64,000 nucleotides of DNA from Nitrospinales bacterium. GTDB taxonomy: Bacteria > Nitrospinota > Nitrospinia > Nitrospinales > VA-1. Positions 52,153 to 63,447 of this stretch are shown here, one piece after another. Each line of letters begins with the position of its first letter. Position 1 is the stretch's first letter. Where the stretch lies: NCBI GenBank assembly GCA_965262115.1, contig OZ253496.1:1696001-1760000 (forward strand), in the 5' to 3' direction. A program made the translations under genes and the position numbers. The notes beneath the pieces were generated by a model. That model was not told the origin of the DNA. It did no database searches and saw only the letters and a list, made by a program, of their open reading frames with translations.

Positions 52153-52815
52153 CTAGTTTAGCAGGCTGTCCAGATCGAGAACTGCGTTCATATAAGTGTC
52201 CTGAACTCTTTTGAGGTTTTTTCCCAGCCAGAGGTCGGCAAATTTGGGAGGGAAGCGGGCAAACCCTTTTATTTGATTGATGGCGAGACGGCAGTCCCGA
52301 TACCAGGAAATATTTCTATTAGCCTTGAAAATTTTCATGGCTTTTTTTAACTCTTCGATGGCGGAATCCGGTTTCTGGTCCCCAAAATATGCAAAGGCCA
52401 ATCCCACCATGCCCAGTCCTTCTTCGGGTTTTAATGTGGTTGTTTTCTTGAAGGCTTCGGCGGCCGGGGAATATTGTTTTATGGCTGCAAGGGAATTGGC
52501 AAAATGAAACCAGGAGTCGTAGTGACCGGGATTGGACTTTGTAAGCGATCTGGATGTCTCGACGGCCTTGTCCAATTGCCCCAGACGTGAATAGGTGTTG
52601 GTGAGTTTGAGCTTGGAATAAAGGATGATGTTTGGGGGAGGATTTTCTTCAAGGGTTTTTTGCCAGTATCTGGCGGCATCTTCAAAAAACTCTTCTTTAT
52701 CCAGACTCCGCGCTTTTTCCAGGGAGCCTTTGTAGGGTTCCCCAGCTAAAGCCAGGGAAGGCAACAGGAAGAGACACAGGGCGATTTTTATAAACCGAAG
52801 AGAATGAGACATCAT
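52153..52815 (-). CDS. Exported TPR-repeat protein
   Basis: Signal peptide (ALA), TPR-like helices. Confidence 0.75.
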   Translation of the reverse strand: MMSHSLRFIKIALCLFLLPSLALAGEPYKGSLEKARSLDKEEFFEDAARYWQKTLEENPPPNIILYSKLKLTNTYSRLGQLDKAVETSRSLTKSNPGHYDSWFHFANSLAAIKQYSPAAEAFKKTTTLKPEEGLGMVGLAFAYFGDQKPDSAIEELKKAMKIFKANRNISWYRDCRLAINQIKGFARFPPKFADLWLGKNLKRVQDTYMNAVLDLDSLLN

Positions 52816-52824
52816 GGCGGATAT

Positions 52825-55542
52825 TTATGATCTGGGTGTCAACCCTTCCTGCAAAAATAACGGTTCTCCGGTAACCAGAGGCCGTAGGGATTTTTTTAGG
52901 GTTTGAATAAAGTGTTCTTCATGGTTCATGATTTTTTCCACATCTTCGGGGCGCAGGTAAAAAACATTGGAAGCAGAACCCTGATTGGTGTGGAGGATGG
53001 CTTTCTGACATTCCATGTGGGCGTCTGAGAATGTTTTGGTTTCCATCATGAATGTTCCCGGCAGGTTGTGAGTCGATAATTTAACGGATCGCCCAATGGT
53101 TTTCATTTTTAATTTTACTTCCTGGAAATGCGGTTTCTCTGAAACATTAGCCACCGACCGTCCTTTGAATACAGATGCCAGCGGCTCCTGGTCAATAAAA
53201 ATTCGGTGCAGGTCGTCCTGGATACGTTGTTGGATGAAAAAGAAATCACCGTAGTCAATGGGTTTGCCGGTAGAATCGATAATTTTGAAGACATCAAAAA
53301 CCTTATTGCGTAAGGTCTGGATATTGGCTTCGACAATATCCATCTGGTTAAACGCCAGTACTGCGGAAATTTTGTGAAGAAATCCACGGGCATCCTGAGT
53401 GCAGACGATCAATTCAAAAGGTTGTCCCGGTTTAAAAAGCATTTCTGCCAAAAAAGGTTCCTGTGACCCGGTAAATTTATAATAGATTTCCAGTTGTGAC
53501 TGCAGTTCCATGGGCAGGCGGACCATCTTCAGGAACTCCAGTTTAATATGATTGGGGACACTTTTTCTTTTCTTATGGTGAAGGGTGTATTGGTAAAAAA
53601 GTTTTAATTGATCGATCTGCGAAGTGGACATATTCATTTTGGTTCCGCCACGGTCTGAGTGGGTGAGCAGGATCAGCATCTTGAGCCTTTCCTTGTCATG
53701 ATTGACGAGGTCGAGCACCATATCGTAGGTATCGTCGGCTTCTGGATCGAGAAGCATCAGGTCATACATGGTCAAATGTTTCTCTACTAAAAAAGAAACA
53801 TTGTCCACCCTTTTGGGCTTGTCGTTGTAACCCAGGTTTTTTAAAATCTGCGGAATCATTCTTGCGCCGACCAACTCTTCGTTCTGATCGCCAACTTTTG
53901 CGCCTTTGCCAATGTCATGCAGTAAAACGGCCAACTTAAGAGCTGTTTTATCCCTTTGTGAGTGATAAAGTTCTGAAAGGAAGGGGTCGGCCGTATCACG
54001 AAACTCCAGCCCGTTTAAAACATCCAGAGCGGAAAGAATATGGATGTCTGTTGGAAATTTATGTACATAAATATCTTGTAGCATGCCTTTAAGGTTGTTA
54101 AATGCGGGAATGAAATAATCCCCTAATATTCCGAACTCGTGCAACAGGCGGATGGCTTTTGAAAAATATTTCCCCCGGATATAGCGTTTGAAGCAGTTCT
54201 GGATTTCCAGTTTGGATTCTTCATCCATGCAAATGGGATCGGCCTGATCAATATGTTGTTCAATGGCACGGGTCACTTCGTAGGACAAATAATAATTCCT
54301 TTCAGCGACCCAGATGAAAACCTTGAAGAACCATAAAGGCTCCTGGAGGTACAGGCTCTTGGGGTTTTTCTCAAAGTAAATTTGATTCTGCGTATTGAGG
54401 GAGAAGAACTCTGAAAGGCCTTTCTTCTTTTTGGTGTCTACCGCCATGCTCTCCCAGTAAAGGTTCCGGCTGAACCGCTTAAGGGGATAAACAGCATCGA
54501 AAAAATATTTTTGGAAAAAGGTCCTAACATCAAATCCCATAGACTGGGCAATCTTTTCCCGGACTTCATAGCTCATGGTATCCCGGTGGGTCCCTTTCTG
54601 GAAAGCGTGCAGGAATAAACGGACCCGGGATAAAAGGTGAAGCCCGTTTTGCATGCTTTTATAAGCCAGTGGGCTCAACAAGTTCTTGGAAAACAATTCG
54701 TTGAGCAGTTCAAACTGGTTGGTGGTTTTCAGGTTTCGCAGGAAACGTACAGAAACCAATGCCCAGTAGAGGCGGCGCATTTCTTCCTTAATGTTCGGTT
54801 CCTGTTGAAAGACAGTATTCTGGACTTGATAGCATCCTTCATGGCTCAGGCAGTGCTTTTGAATTTCGTCGTGATAAAGCAGGCTGACCGTTTTAATGGA
54901 ACTTTTAAATTCGTTATAAACCAGAGAGTTTCCGGCTACAAAGCGATGTTCCAAAAGTGCTAAAAACTCGGGAACCCTGGAAGGGTCAAGATCCCGCTCA
55001 AACGTTTCGTTTTCGGTGTAGCAGGCATTGCTGGAATAAGGGAAAATATCCTGAAAAACAAACAGGTACTCGAAATGCCGGATGATTTCCTCAGCGGTTT
55101 TTTTGTTGTTCTCGCTAAGAGATGATTGTGAAACGATTTGGATATCCACGTCCGACTGGAAATACATTTCCTCTCTACTATAACCACCCCGGGCCACTAT
55201 GGCTATGGGGACGGACTGTGTGGTCCACTTCCGGTTATTCTGGTGATTGAAATACCAGACTGCCGAATAAAAGCTGGCTTGAACGAGCGTGTCCACCAAC
55301 GCGGTTTGCTTGAGCAATAGCAGGTGGCAGTTGTCGGATTTGGTGCACTCTTTCTGAAGCAGGTCGGTTTCTTTATGGACCAGATCAATAGCTCGGTCTT
55401 TAAAGTCTAAATAAAATTTCTGCGAATCGATTTCACCGTTGTCGGACGATTGTCTTGCTTGATGGAGAGAAACTACTTTTTGTTGAAGTTGGTGCCGGTA
55501 TGTTTCTGCATGCTTGCGGTTTGATTGATATAGATCACTCAT
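52825..55542 (-). CDS. glnD: GlnD-like PII uridylyltransferase/uridylyl-removing enzyme (divergent)
   Basis: ARGGYSR...SDVD nucleotidyltransferase motif, LLHDIGKG HD domain, ACT-like C-terminal region. Confidence 0.78.
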   Translation of the reverse strand: MSDLYQSNRKHAETYRHQLQQKVVSLHQARQSSDNGEIDSQKFYLDFKDRAIDLVHKETDLLQKECTKSDNCHLLLLKQTALVDTLVQASFYSAVWYFNHQNNRKWTTQSVPIAIVARGGYSREEMYFQSDVDIQIVSQSSLSENNKKTAEEIIRHFEYLFVFQDIFPYSSNACYTENETFERDLDPSRVPEFLALLEHRFVAGNSLVYNEFKSSIKTVSLLYHDEIQKHCLSHEGCYQVQNTVFQQEPNIKEEMRRLYWALVSVRFLRNLKTTNQFELLNELFSKNLLSPLAYKSMQNGLHLLSRVRLFLHAFQKGTHRDTMSYEVREKIAQSMGFDVRTFFQKYFFDAVYPLKRFSRNLYWESMAVDTKKKKGLSEFFSLNTQNQIYFEKNPKSLYLQEPLWFFKVFIWVAERNYYLSYEVTRAIEQHIDQADPICMDEESKLEIQNCFKRYIRGKYFSKAIRLLHEFGILGDYFIPAFNNLKGMLQDIYVHKFPTDIHILSALDVLNGLEFRDTADPFLSELYHSQRDKTALKLAVLLHDIGKGAKVGDQNEELVGARMIPQILKNLGYNDKPKRVDNVSFLVEKHLTMYDLMLLDPEADDTYDMVLDLVNHDKERLKMLILLTHSDRGGTKMNMSTSQIDQLKLFYQYTLHHKKRKSVPNHIKLEFLKMVRLPMELQSQLEIYYKFTGSQEPFLAEMLFKPGQPFELIVCTQDARGFLHKISAVLAFNQMDIVEANIQTLRNKVFDVFKIIDSTGKPIDYGDFFFIQQRIQDDLHRIFIDQEPLASVFKGRSVANVSEKPHFQEVKLKMKTIGRSVKLSTHNLPGTFMMETKTFSDAHMECQKAILHTNQGSASNVFYLRPEDVEKIMNHEEHFIQTLKKSLRPLVTGEPLFLQEGLTPRS

Positions 55543-55860
55543 TATGGAGCACCAAACTAAAAAGTCATTGAGCCTGATCAAGAGATCATGAACAGGTTAT
55601 TCATAGCCATAAAAGCCGTTTCAGGATAAACCTAAAATCCTGGGAATTCAAGAGTTTACTGGCCAGAGGCTCCTCGGCGGAGGGCCAATGAGCAATAACT
55701 TTATCTGGCGAGCAAAGAGTTGTCTCGGCTTGAGAAGCCCTTGCCATTTGCCACCGGCCGCTGGCCGCCGGGCCCCGCCCGGTTGGAACAAGGCAATGTC
55801 TTTATCAAGTGCTCTAACTGTGTGACGGCCCAACGGACTTTTGTCTAATTGCCTCTCTCG

Positions 55861-56877
55861 CTAGAGAGTGCGACCCATTAATTCGGCGAAGGGCCGCAGG
55901 TTTTCCATGAGCCTGGCAAATTTTGCAGGTTTCAGGGACTGGGGTCCGTCTGAGAAGGCTTTGACAGGATCGGGGTGAACCTCAATGATCAGGCCATCGG
56001 CACCGGCAGCAATGGACGCGCGCGACATGGATTCAACCATATCCCAATGTCCGGTTGCATGGCTGGGGTCAATAATGATGGGAAGGTGGGTTTCCTTTTT
56101 CAGGACCGGTATACAACTTATATCAAGAGTGTTTCGGGTTGCGGTTTCGAAAGTGCGGATGCCTCGCTCACAAAGAATCACCTGGTGGTTGCCTTCGGAA
56201 AGAATATATTCGGCGGACATCAAGAACTCTTTAATGGTGTTCATCATGCCTCGTTTCAAAAGAATGGGTTTGTCGATCTTTCCCAGTTCCTTCAGCAATG
56301 AAAAATTCTGCATGTTCCGGGCTCCGACTTGAACAACGTCGGCATATTTTGCGACCAGATCAATCTCGCGCGGATTCATCACTTCGGTGACAATGGGCAA
56401 GCCGGAAGCCTCTTTGGCAGAGGCCAGCAGTTTGAGTCCCTCCTCTTCCAATCCCTGAAAACTGTAGGGAGAAGTTCGGGGTTTGTATGCGCCTCCTCGA
56501 AGAAAATTAGCCCCGGCATCTTTAACCAGATTCGCGGTGGTGCATATCTGTTCTTCGCTTTCCACCGAACAGGGTCCCGCGATAATGGCGATTGTGGGCC
56601 CGCCGATACCAACCTCCCCAACCCGAATTACAGATGGAGTGGATTTCACTTCCCGGCTGGCAAGCTTGTAGGGTTTGAGAATGGGGAATACGCTTTCGAC
56701 TCCACCCATGGTTTCTATAGACTGCAGGCGGTCTTTGCCGCGCTCATCACCCACGGCCCCTATCACTTTATGTTCCACACCGACAATTTCATGCGGGGTG
56801 TAACCGAGTTCCCGGATGGTGTCTTCTACCTTTTCTACCTGCTCCGGGGTTGCATCCGGAGCCATGACGATGATCAT
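55861..56877 (-). CDS. aroF: DAHP synthase type I-beta with N-terminal regulatory domain
   Basis: [38 protein letters not shown]. Confidence 0.93.
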   Translation of the reverse strand: MIIVMAPDATPEQVEKVEDTIRELGYTPHEIVGVEHKVIGAVGDERGKDRLQSIETMGGVESVFPILKPYKLASREVKSTPSVIRVGEVGIGGPTIAIIAGPCSVESEEQICTTANLVKDAGANFLRGGAYKPRTSPYSFQGLEEEGLKLLASAKEASGLPIVTEVMNPREIDLVAKYADVVQVGARNMQNFSLLKELGKIDKPILLKRGMMNTIKEFLMSAEYILSEGNHQVILCERGIRTFETATRNTLDISCIPVLKKETHLPIIIDPSHATGHWDMVESMSRASIAAGADGLIIEVHPDPVKAFSDGPQSLKPAKFARLMENLRPFAELMGRTL

Positions 56878-56937
56878 TGCACACCTTTCTTAAGATGTTA
56901 TGAAAAACCAGTATATCAAAAAAATTCATGAACTGCT

Positions 56938-57558
56938 CTATCCCATCAAACCGGGGCCATCCAGCGTGTTTATTTTGGCCACTTCCTCGATGGGCCGGCG
57001 ATAATCCCTGGGCCGGGGCTCCTCTTTCTTAAATCCCACGGCCATTAACATGACTGGGATATAATTAGGCTTGAGGTTTACCAGTTTAGAAACCGCTTCA
57101 GGATCAAAGCCGATCATCGGCGCGGTGGCCCAGCCCCGGTTGTGAGCCGCCAGCATTAACACCATGGCGGCCAGCGAGGCACTGCGGAGGGCTTCATCCC
57201 TTTGCAACTGGTCCTTGCCGTCGTAGAAATTTTTTATCATAGGAAGAACCTTGTCCTGTATTCCCTGGGCGACACCCTGGTAAATTTCGGGAGCGTCCTC
57301 ATGGGCATTCAATTTGCCGCAAATGACCAGCAGTACCGAGCAGGTTTCCACCTGCTCCTGGCCCCAGGCGGCGCCCTTGATTTTTTCTTTAAGGGTAGTG
57401 TCCCTAGCGGCGATAAAGGTCCAGTGTTGCAGGTTGAAGGAACTCGGACTCAACACCACTTCCTGCATTAACTCTTTTAACTCCGCATCGCTGATTTCTC
57501 TGCCGGGCTGGTAGGACTTAATAGACCGGCGTTGTTGAACAGTTTCTGAAAATTCCAT
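56938..57558 (-). CDS. Nitroreductase-family protein
   Basis: RRSIKSY, SPSSFNLQHW, MIGFD. Confidence 0.9.
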   Translation of the reverse strand: MEFSETVQQRRSIKSYQPGREISDAELKELMQEVVLSPSSFNLQHWTFIAARDTTLKEKIKGAAWGQEQVETCSVLLVICGKLNAHEDAPEIYQGVAQGIQDKVLPMIKNFYDGKDQLQRDEALRSASLAAMVLMLAAHNRGWATAPMIGFDPEAVSKLVNLKPNYIPVMLMAVGFKKEEPRPRDYRRPIEEVAKINTLDGPGLMG

Positions 57559-57588
57559 GATGAATCCTTAAAGAAATTATTTTTTAAT

Positions 57589-58056
57589 TTATAGCTCTCC
57601 CGCCTGGTAAAAGGAAAAGCGTTTTACAATAAAGCCATCAGCAGAGAACAGGCCTCCGCCACTGATCAGAAGTGGAAGACATAAGGCAATGGCCAGAAGG
57701 TGATATTCAAAACCTTCTCCACCCTGCTTGCCAGACCAGTTCATAAAAAAGCCATTGGTTGCATGCGACATGACGATGGCACCCGTCATGATGATGAGAA
57801 TCCCTGCCGCGCAAAAACGGGTCAGGAACCCGGTGATCAACCCCAATGCCCCTAGAGATTCACCCAGTATCACCAACATGGCAACGACCATTGGAATTCC
57901 CAATTGGTTGGTAAAAAATCCCAGAGTACCTTCAAGCCCATATCCCCCGAACCACCCCAGAAGTTTCTGGGCACCGTGGGGGAACATGACGACTCCCAGC
58001 ATCACGCGAATGATAAGATTGTTTATACTTCCATCTGTTTGAAAAAAAGCTTTCAT
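57589..58056 (-). CDS. DoxX-family membrane protein
   Basis: HGAQKLLGWFGG, GFFMNW, GFEYHLL. Confidence 0.9.
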   Translation of the reverse strand: MKAFFQTDGSINNLIIRVMLGVVMFPHGAQKLLGWFGGYGLEGTLGFFTNQLGIPMVVAMLVILGESLGALGLITGFLTRFCAAGILIIMTGAIVMSHATNGFFMNWSGKQGGEGFEYHLLAIALCLPLLISGGGLFSADGFIVKRFSFYQAGEL

Positions 58057-58069
58057 TGGATATTCCTTT

Positions 58070-58864
58070 CTATCGATTTCGATACAGGGGATAGTCCACC
58101 TGCGCTGGAACTTCAATCGTTGCTACGCGCAAAGGAGAACCGGAGTCAGCATGCATTGAAAACTCTCCGCGCTCTTGCGCATGAATCAAAACGAAGTCCT
58201 GCCTGTTGACATGGTGCTTCGTCCCGGTCTGCATGTCAAACAATAACCCTTTGCCGGAAATAACCACCAGTGCCAGGGTTTTCCCTTGGCCGAGCAGGTA
58301 TTGAAATTGCCGGTCTTTTTCGATGGAGACATCTTTCATGATCACATCCGCAACCAGAGTGACCGGTGAGCCCTTTCCAATGACAGTTTTGAAGGTAACG
58401 CCGTCCTTCGATTCGCTGGGGAAGTCCTCATTCGTATACTCATTATAGGTGGGTTCATTATGGATTGTTTTCTTGATATTGGGATCAAACCAGATTTGAA
58501 AAAAATCGGTATGGTCGCCCACCGTCTCTTCTTCATGGGAAACTCCTGAACCCGTTTGCATCACCTGTGCGCCGCCCGACTGGACACGACTGCGGTTTCC
58601 TAAAGTGTCGTAATGTCCAATTTCTCCTTCCAAGGCGTAACTCATGATCTCAAATGCCTGGTGAGGGTGCAGGGCGATTTTGCCATACCCTTTTGCCGTG
58701 GCCCAGGCCCAGTAAAACAGTGGGCCGAGGTTTTTTATCTCTGGGCCTTCACGGGGAAACCCGATGGGCTTGATTTCGGTGATACGGCCGCCGTCAAACT
58801 GGCCCACCCCCTGTGATTCCGGAGGATAAATTTTAATATCCAATTCGGTTTTATTTTTAATCAT
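58070..58864 (-). CDS. Pirin-family bicupin protein
   Basis: HPHQAFEIMSY, HYDTLG, MQTGSGVSHEE, FQIW. Confidence 0.88.
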   Translation of the reverse strand: MIKNKTELDIKIYPPESQGVGQFDGGRITEIKPIGFPREGPEIKNLGPLFYWAWATAKGYGKIALHPHQAFEIMSYALEGEIGHYDTLGNRSRVQSGGAQVMQTGSGVSHEEETVGDHTDFFQIWFDPNIKKTIHNEPTYNEYTNEDFPSESKDGVTFKTVIGKGSPVTLVADVIMKDVSIEKDRQFQYLLGQGKTLALVVISGKGLLFDMQTGTKHHVNRQDFVLIHAQERGEFSMHADSGSPLRVATIEVPAQVDYPLYRNR

Positions 58865-58943
58865 GATTTTTTACCTTGAAAGAATTCAGGTTTAATCTAG
58901 AAAATGAACTCCCAGCTTCTTTGAAAGAAATCTCAACGCAACC

Positions 58944-59816
58944 TTAATTACCGATTACCTTCCAATCCTGTCGCCTGGCCCATTTCTCGTAATTCTCCCA
59001 TTCAACCTCTGGAAAATCCCGGTGTAATCCTGATATGTCCACCGAATATCCGACACGGTCAAACCACACGAACATCTCGGCGAAATCGGGATTGTCCGCG
59101 CGCATGAATTCTGGATCGAAACTTTCATAACCGATGCCACGGCCGCTGGCTTGTGAAACGATCTTCATGGCTTCGGCACCGGTTAATTCGTCCCCGGCGA
59201 TATCAAAACGTTTGCCAAACACGCTTTCCCGCCGTTCGATGAGGGCGGCTCCGAAGGCCCCGATGTTGTCTGTCGAAATCTGTTGCAGAACGCGGTCTGT
59301 CGGCATCCCGAATTTCAACGTCCCTTCTTTCACCGAAGGCAGAAACCAGGGCGTAAACAGGTTATCCATGAAGTAAGCCGGCGCACTGATCGAGTATGGC
59401 ATACCAAGTTTCACAAGGTATTCCTCGACCTTGTACTTGCTATCAAAATGAGGGATGTTTGTGCCTTTATCGGCGCTCGCCACCGAGCTGAAAACAAAAT
59501 GTCCCACTCCGGCTTGCTTGGCCGCATCGGCCAGAGTGATTCCCTGTTGGGTCTCCGCCTCGACCCCTGCCTCGAACGGCGTGGTCATGGCAAACACGGT
59601 GTCCATACCCTGCATGGCTTGGGCCAGGGTACCAGGATCGGTGAAATCACCTTTCACCACTTCTACTCCCTTTTCTTTAAGTTGCTTTGCTTTGGCGGAA
59701 TCGACGTTGCGTGTGAATGTGCGAATACGATGCCCCTTGGGCAAAAGGTGCCGGACGACGGCACCACCCTGGTTTCCCGTCGCTCCCATGATGAGTACGG
59801 ATAGTTTACTGGACAT
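58944..59816 (-). CDS. NmrA-family NAD(P)-binding protein
   Basis: GATGNQGG, FVFSSV, PHFDSK, FMDN. Confidence 0.9.
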   Translation of the reverse strand: MSSKLSVLIMGATGNQGGAVVRHLLPKGHRIRTFTRNVDSAKAKQLKEKGVEVVKGDFTDPGTLAQAMQGMDTVFAMTTPFEAGVEAETQQGITLADAAKQAGVGHFVFSSVASADKGTNIPHFDSKYKVEEYLVKLGMPYSISAPAYFMDNLFTPWFLPSVKEGTLKFGMPTDRVLQQISTDNIGAFGAALIERRESVFGKRFDIAGDELTGAEAMKIVSQASGRGIGYESFDPEFMRADNPDFAEMFVWFDRVGYSVDISGLHRDFPEVEWENYEKWARRQDWKVIGN

Positions 59817-59958
59817 GATAAAAACCTTTCTGTTGATTGTTTGATTTTAGTTTGAAAAATGAATTGAATAGTTGAGTTTGTCATTTAGAAAGTTCCTTGT
59901 ATGTGTTTGTTAGATTGACTCCTGAATGGACCTCTAAATTTGTTAATACCCAATAGAT

Positions 59959-59974
59959 AGCAGGGATCGTGCCA
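59959..59974 (-). promoter_or_regulatory. Sigma54 (-24/-12) promoter for the nmrA-pirin-doxX-nitroreductase operon
   Basis: Minus strand TGGCACGATCCCTGCT, GG-N10-GC; divergent enhancer-binding protein gene adjacent. Confidence 0.8.
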
Positions 59975-60121
59975 TTTCTGAATTTCAGAAAACCTTTTAT
60001 TTTTAAAGGGTTTATGTGTTATCTAAAAACTACTTGATTTCGTTTTATATGAATTATGGTAGTATAAAGACGATATTAAGTAGTATTGGGTGAGGTTCGC
60101 AATCAAAGGAGCAGGGGCGTT

Positions 60122-61576
60122 ATGCAAAAAAAAATGGATATCGAAACGGACCAGGAATTGGCGCAATTTACCATCGAACGGTCTGCGGATTCGATCATCT
60201 GGCACGATTGTGCGGCAAATATCAAACGGGTCAATGGGGCAGCCTGTAAACTTCTAGGATATTCCAGGGACGAGTTACTGGAACGGACCATTCAGGATAT
60301 CAACCCGGATTCCAATAAAAAATCATGGGCAAAGTTCTGGAAGCAATTGCGAAAAGAAAAAGTTCTGCAATTTGAGGATTCCCATACGAAAAAAGATGGC
60401 ACGGCTATTCTCACAGAGGTCACTGCCAACTTTATTGAATTCAAGGGTCAGGAATTTGCTGTAGGCATTTCGAGGGATATCTCAGAAAGAAAGCGAAACG
60501 AAGAGGAAAGAGCCTGTGCTCTTCGTGAAATCGAAAAACTGAAGAGAGAGTTGGAACTGCAAAATGAATATTTGCAGGAAGAAGTGGTTGAGCTTCAGGC
60601 TTTCGGAGATATTGTAGGAAAGAGTCCTGCTTTGCAGGCGATTCTGAGTCAAATTGAAATGGTCGCTCCAACGGATGCAAGCTCCCTCATTGCAGGGGAG
60701 TCTGGAACCGGAAAAGAGTTGATTGCGCATGAGATTCATAGCCGGAGTTCTCGAAACAAGTATGCAATGGTTCGGGTCAATTGCGCGTCCATTCCCCGGG
60801 AGCTTTATGAAAGCGAGTTCTTTGGTCATATACGAGGAGCTTTTACCGGCGCGGTTCGGGACAGGATAGGTCGGTTTGAACTGGCTAATCAGGGGACCTT
60901 GTTCCTCGATGAAATTGGTGAAATTCCACTGGACTTGCAAAGCAAACTGCTCAGGGTCCTGCAGGAAGGCACTTTTGAGAGGGTGGGGGATGAAAAAACC
61001 CGTAACGTGGATGTGCGAATTATTGCTGCCAGTAATTGCGATTTAAAGGTTGAGGTGGAACGGGGAAATTTTCGGGAAGATCTTTTTTACCGTTTAAATG
61101 TTTTTCCCATCGAGGTGCCACCGCTCAGGAAAAGAAAAGACGACATCCCCTTGTTGGCCGCACATTTTTTAGAGCTTGCTGCAAAAAAGTTCAAAAAAAG
61201 CGAACCCCAGTTGACTCAAGCCAATGTGCTCCAGTTGATAAACTATGACTGGCCGGGAAACGTGAGAGAGTTGCAAAATGTGATCGAGCGTTCCGTGATT
61301 ATTTCTCAAAAAGGTAAATTAAAATTTGATTTGCCAAGAAGCGTAGCCGATAAAAAAATGACTGTTGATACGGATTGGGATAAAAAGGAAGATCAAGAGA
61401 TTTTAACTTTTGCGGAAATCAAAATGCTGGATCAGGAAAATATTTTAAAAGCACTTGCAGAAACCGGATGGAAAATATTCGGCAAGGACGGTGCCGCGCA
61501 ATTATTGGGTGCCCCCCCCACAACCCTGCTGTCCAGAATGAAGAAGTTACAGTTGAGAAAGCCTCATTATCCCTGA
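60122..61576 (+). CDS. PAS-domain sigma54-dependent transcriptional activator
   Basis: [32 protein letters not shown]-terminal HTH; start uncertain (60086-60134). Confidence 0.93.
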   Translation: MQKKMDIETDQELAQFTIERSADSIIWHDCAANIKRVNGAACKLLGYSRDELLERTIQDINPDSNKKSWAKFWKQLRKEKVLQFEDSHTKKDGTAILTEVTANFIEFKGQEFAVGISRDISERKRNEEERACALREIEKLKRELELQNEYLQEEVVELQAFGDIVGKSPALQAILSQIEMVAPTDASSLIAGESGTGKELIAHEIHSRSSRNKYAMVRVNCASIPRELYESEFFGHIRGAFTGAVRDRIGRFELANQGTLFLDEIGEIPLDLQSKLLRVLQEGTFERVGDEKTRNVDVRIIAASNCDLKVEVERGNFREDLFYRLNVFPIEVPPLRKRKDDIPLLAAHFLELAAKKFKKSEPQLTQANVLQLINYDWPGNVRELQNVIERSVIISQKGKLKFDLPRSVADKKMTVDTDWDKKEDQEILTFAEIKMLDQENILKALAETGWKIFGKDGAAQLLGAPPTTLLSRMKKLQLRKPHYP

Positions 61577-61932
61577 TTTTTCTGCAAAAGCTTGTTCAAG
61601 ACAGGAGCCCCGAGAATTTCCGGATTACCTTTGGCCAGCTTTTTGGCCTTGCGAAAATTTTTGATGGCTTTTTCTTTGTTTCCTTCCTGAAGATAAGCCA
61701 GGCCAAGGTTGAAATGGATTTCACCCGAGGTCGGGTCGGCAAAGTTGGCCTGATTGAATTGCAGTAAAGCCTCTAAATATCTTCCGGCCTTATAATGTTC
61801 GATGCCAAGATCGTTGCGTGATTTTGCCGAAGGTTCCGCTCCCGGCAGTAAAGTCAGGGGAGATTCTTCCAGGTTTTGGGTGCAACCGGGGAATCCCACA
61901 ATTATTGTTAATAAAAAAATCCGGGTTTTCAT
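61567..61932 (-). CDS. Small TPR lipoprotein
   Basis: Lipobox-like FPGC; TPR HFNLGLAY. Confidence 0.72.
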   Translation of the reverse strand: MKTRIFLLTIIVGFPGCTQNLEESPLTLLPGAEPSAKSRNDLGIEHYKAGRYLEALLQFNQANFADPTSGEIHFNLGLAYLQEGNKEKAIKNFRKAKKLAKGNPEILGAPVLNKLLQKNQG

Positions 61933-62124
61933 GGGTATTTGTCAGCAGGATTAATTAAATCAGTATTCCAGGTGACAGAAAGGTTACCACTGCGGGTTAA
62001 AATATTAAATCATTTAAATGGTCTAAATCTATAATCCGGCATGGTAGGTCTGTATAATGATCTTTCAGCATTCCAGGATTTGGAATAATTACGGACGATT
62101 GATTTTAAATTAACGAAGAGGCTC

Positions 62125-63447
62125 ATGTCTAACTCTATCCGAGTAATAACTCTGGTTATCCTGATGACTGTGGGGGGCGTAAACCTTGTCTTGGCCCAGG
62201 AAAATCCCGGTTCCATGGCAGATGGGGAAAAGGCATTTTTTCTGGGGGAGTACGATAAAGCCGAAAATATTTTCAGCGTCCTTCTGGAAAAAGAACCGAA
62301 TAATTTTATTTTGCTGAGAGCCCAGGCCAACACCAAGATAAAGCTGAAAAAATTTGCCGAAGCGGAAAAACTGCTGGATAAAATTCTCGCCATGCCAGTA
62401 TCTACTGGGCGGGACGTTCTGGTACATACCGGAGAGGGCGCTCTTGAGGCCGAACTGGTGGATGAAACTGTGATGGCCGTGGATGAGTCCGGAGAAAGTG
62501 ACGATGCGTTCAGCCAGTTTCTGAAAAAAGATCATGAGGGACCCGTCCCGCATTACCGGGTGTTTCTCAAAAAAACCGGGAAAATGAAACTCTTTCGAAA
62601 AAGTCGAACCCGAATCCAGTATTCCGGAATTCCTGCAGCCACCCGTGAAAAGATTGAGGTTCTGAAGACCTATGTGATGAAAGAGTCTATTTCGGCCAGC
62701 CATGCGAAACCGGAGTTGGAACTGGTTGATATCCCCGGCGGATGTTTTCAAATGGGGAGCCGGGTGGGTGACCCGGATGAACAACCTGTCCATAAGGTTT
62801 GTATCTCTGCTTTTAAGGTGGCGAAATATGAAGTGAGGCAAAAATTTTTCCAAACTGTTATGGGCTATAACCCTTCCCAGTACGTGGGCGGAGATCTTCC
62901 GGTCGACACGGTGTCTTGGGAAGGGTCCAGAGACTATTGCAAAAAACTGGGCCTGCGACTGCCGACAGAAGCGGAATGGGAGTATGCGGCCCGAGCAGGA
63001 ACGCAGGGAGAATTTTATTGGGGGGAAACTATTACCGGTAAGGAAGCGAACTTCTGTGATAGCAACTGCGATCTCAATAACCGGATTCCCGATTTGACGG
63101 ATGGTTTTAAAAATTCTGCTCCGGTGGGGTCTTTTCCTCCCAACGCTTTTGGTCTTTTTGATATGTCAGGAAATGTCAGCGAGTGGGTGCAGGACTGGAT
63201 GCCTGTCGATGTGAACTATTATAAGATGAGTCCGGAGCAAGACCCGCCTGGATCACGACCAGAACTAAACGCTTGTAGCGGGGCGAATTGCGTCGGGTCA
63301 ATTTCCATCACCTATAAGATTTATAGAGGTGGGGCCTGGAACCAGGGTATTGCAGCCATGCGATCGGCCAACCGCAAGGCTACGCACTTCCAGCTTAAGG
63401 CAGATGGAAATGGATTCAGGTGTGCCGGGGATATAATAAAGCCCTGA
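62125..63447 (+). CDS. Exported TPR plus formylglycine-generating-enzyme (SUMF1) domain protein
   Basis: Signal peptide; RLPTEAEWEYAAR, PNAFGLFDMSGNVSEW, GFRC. Confidence 0.88.
   Translation: MSNSIRVITLVILMTVGGVNLVLAQENPGSMADGEKAFFLGEYDKAENIFSVLLEKEPNNFILLRAQANTKIKLKKFAEAEKLLDKILAMPVSTGRDVLVHTGEGALEAELVDETVMAVDESGESDDAFSQFLKKDHEGPVPHYRVFLKKTGKMKLFRKSRTRIQYSGIPAATREKIEVLKTYVMKESISASHAKPELELVDIPGGCFQMGSRVGDPDEQPVHKVCISAFKVAKYEVRQKFFQTVMGYNPSQYVGGDLPVDTVSWEGSRDYCKKLGLRLPTEAEWEYAARAGTQGEFYWGETITGKEANFCDSNCDLNNRIPDLTDGFKNSAPVGSFPPNAFGLFDMSGNVSEWVQDWMPVDVNYYKMSPEQDPPGSRPELNACSGANCVGSISITYKIYRGGAWNQGIAAMRSANRKATHFQLKADGNGFRCAGDIIKP

Noticed and set aside
55692..55744. REPIN-like cores as integron attC sites
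   Set aside because: This copy can fold with two extrahelical bases, but RYYYAAC/GTTRRRY ends are absent, inner pairing is not kept in other copies, the flanking genes are housekeeping, and no integrase is present.
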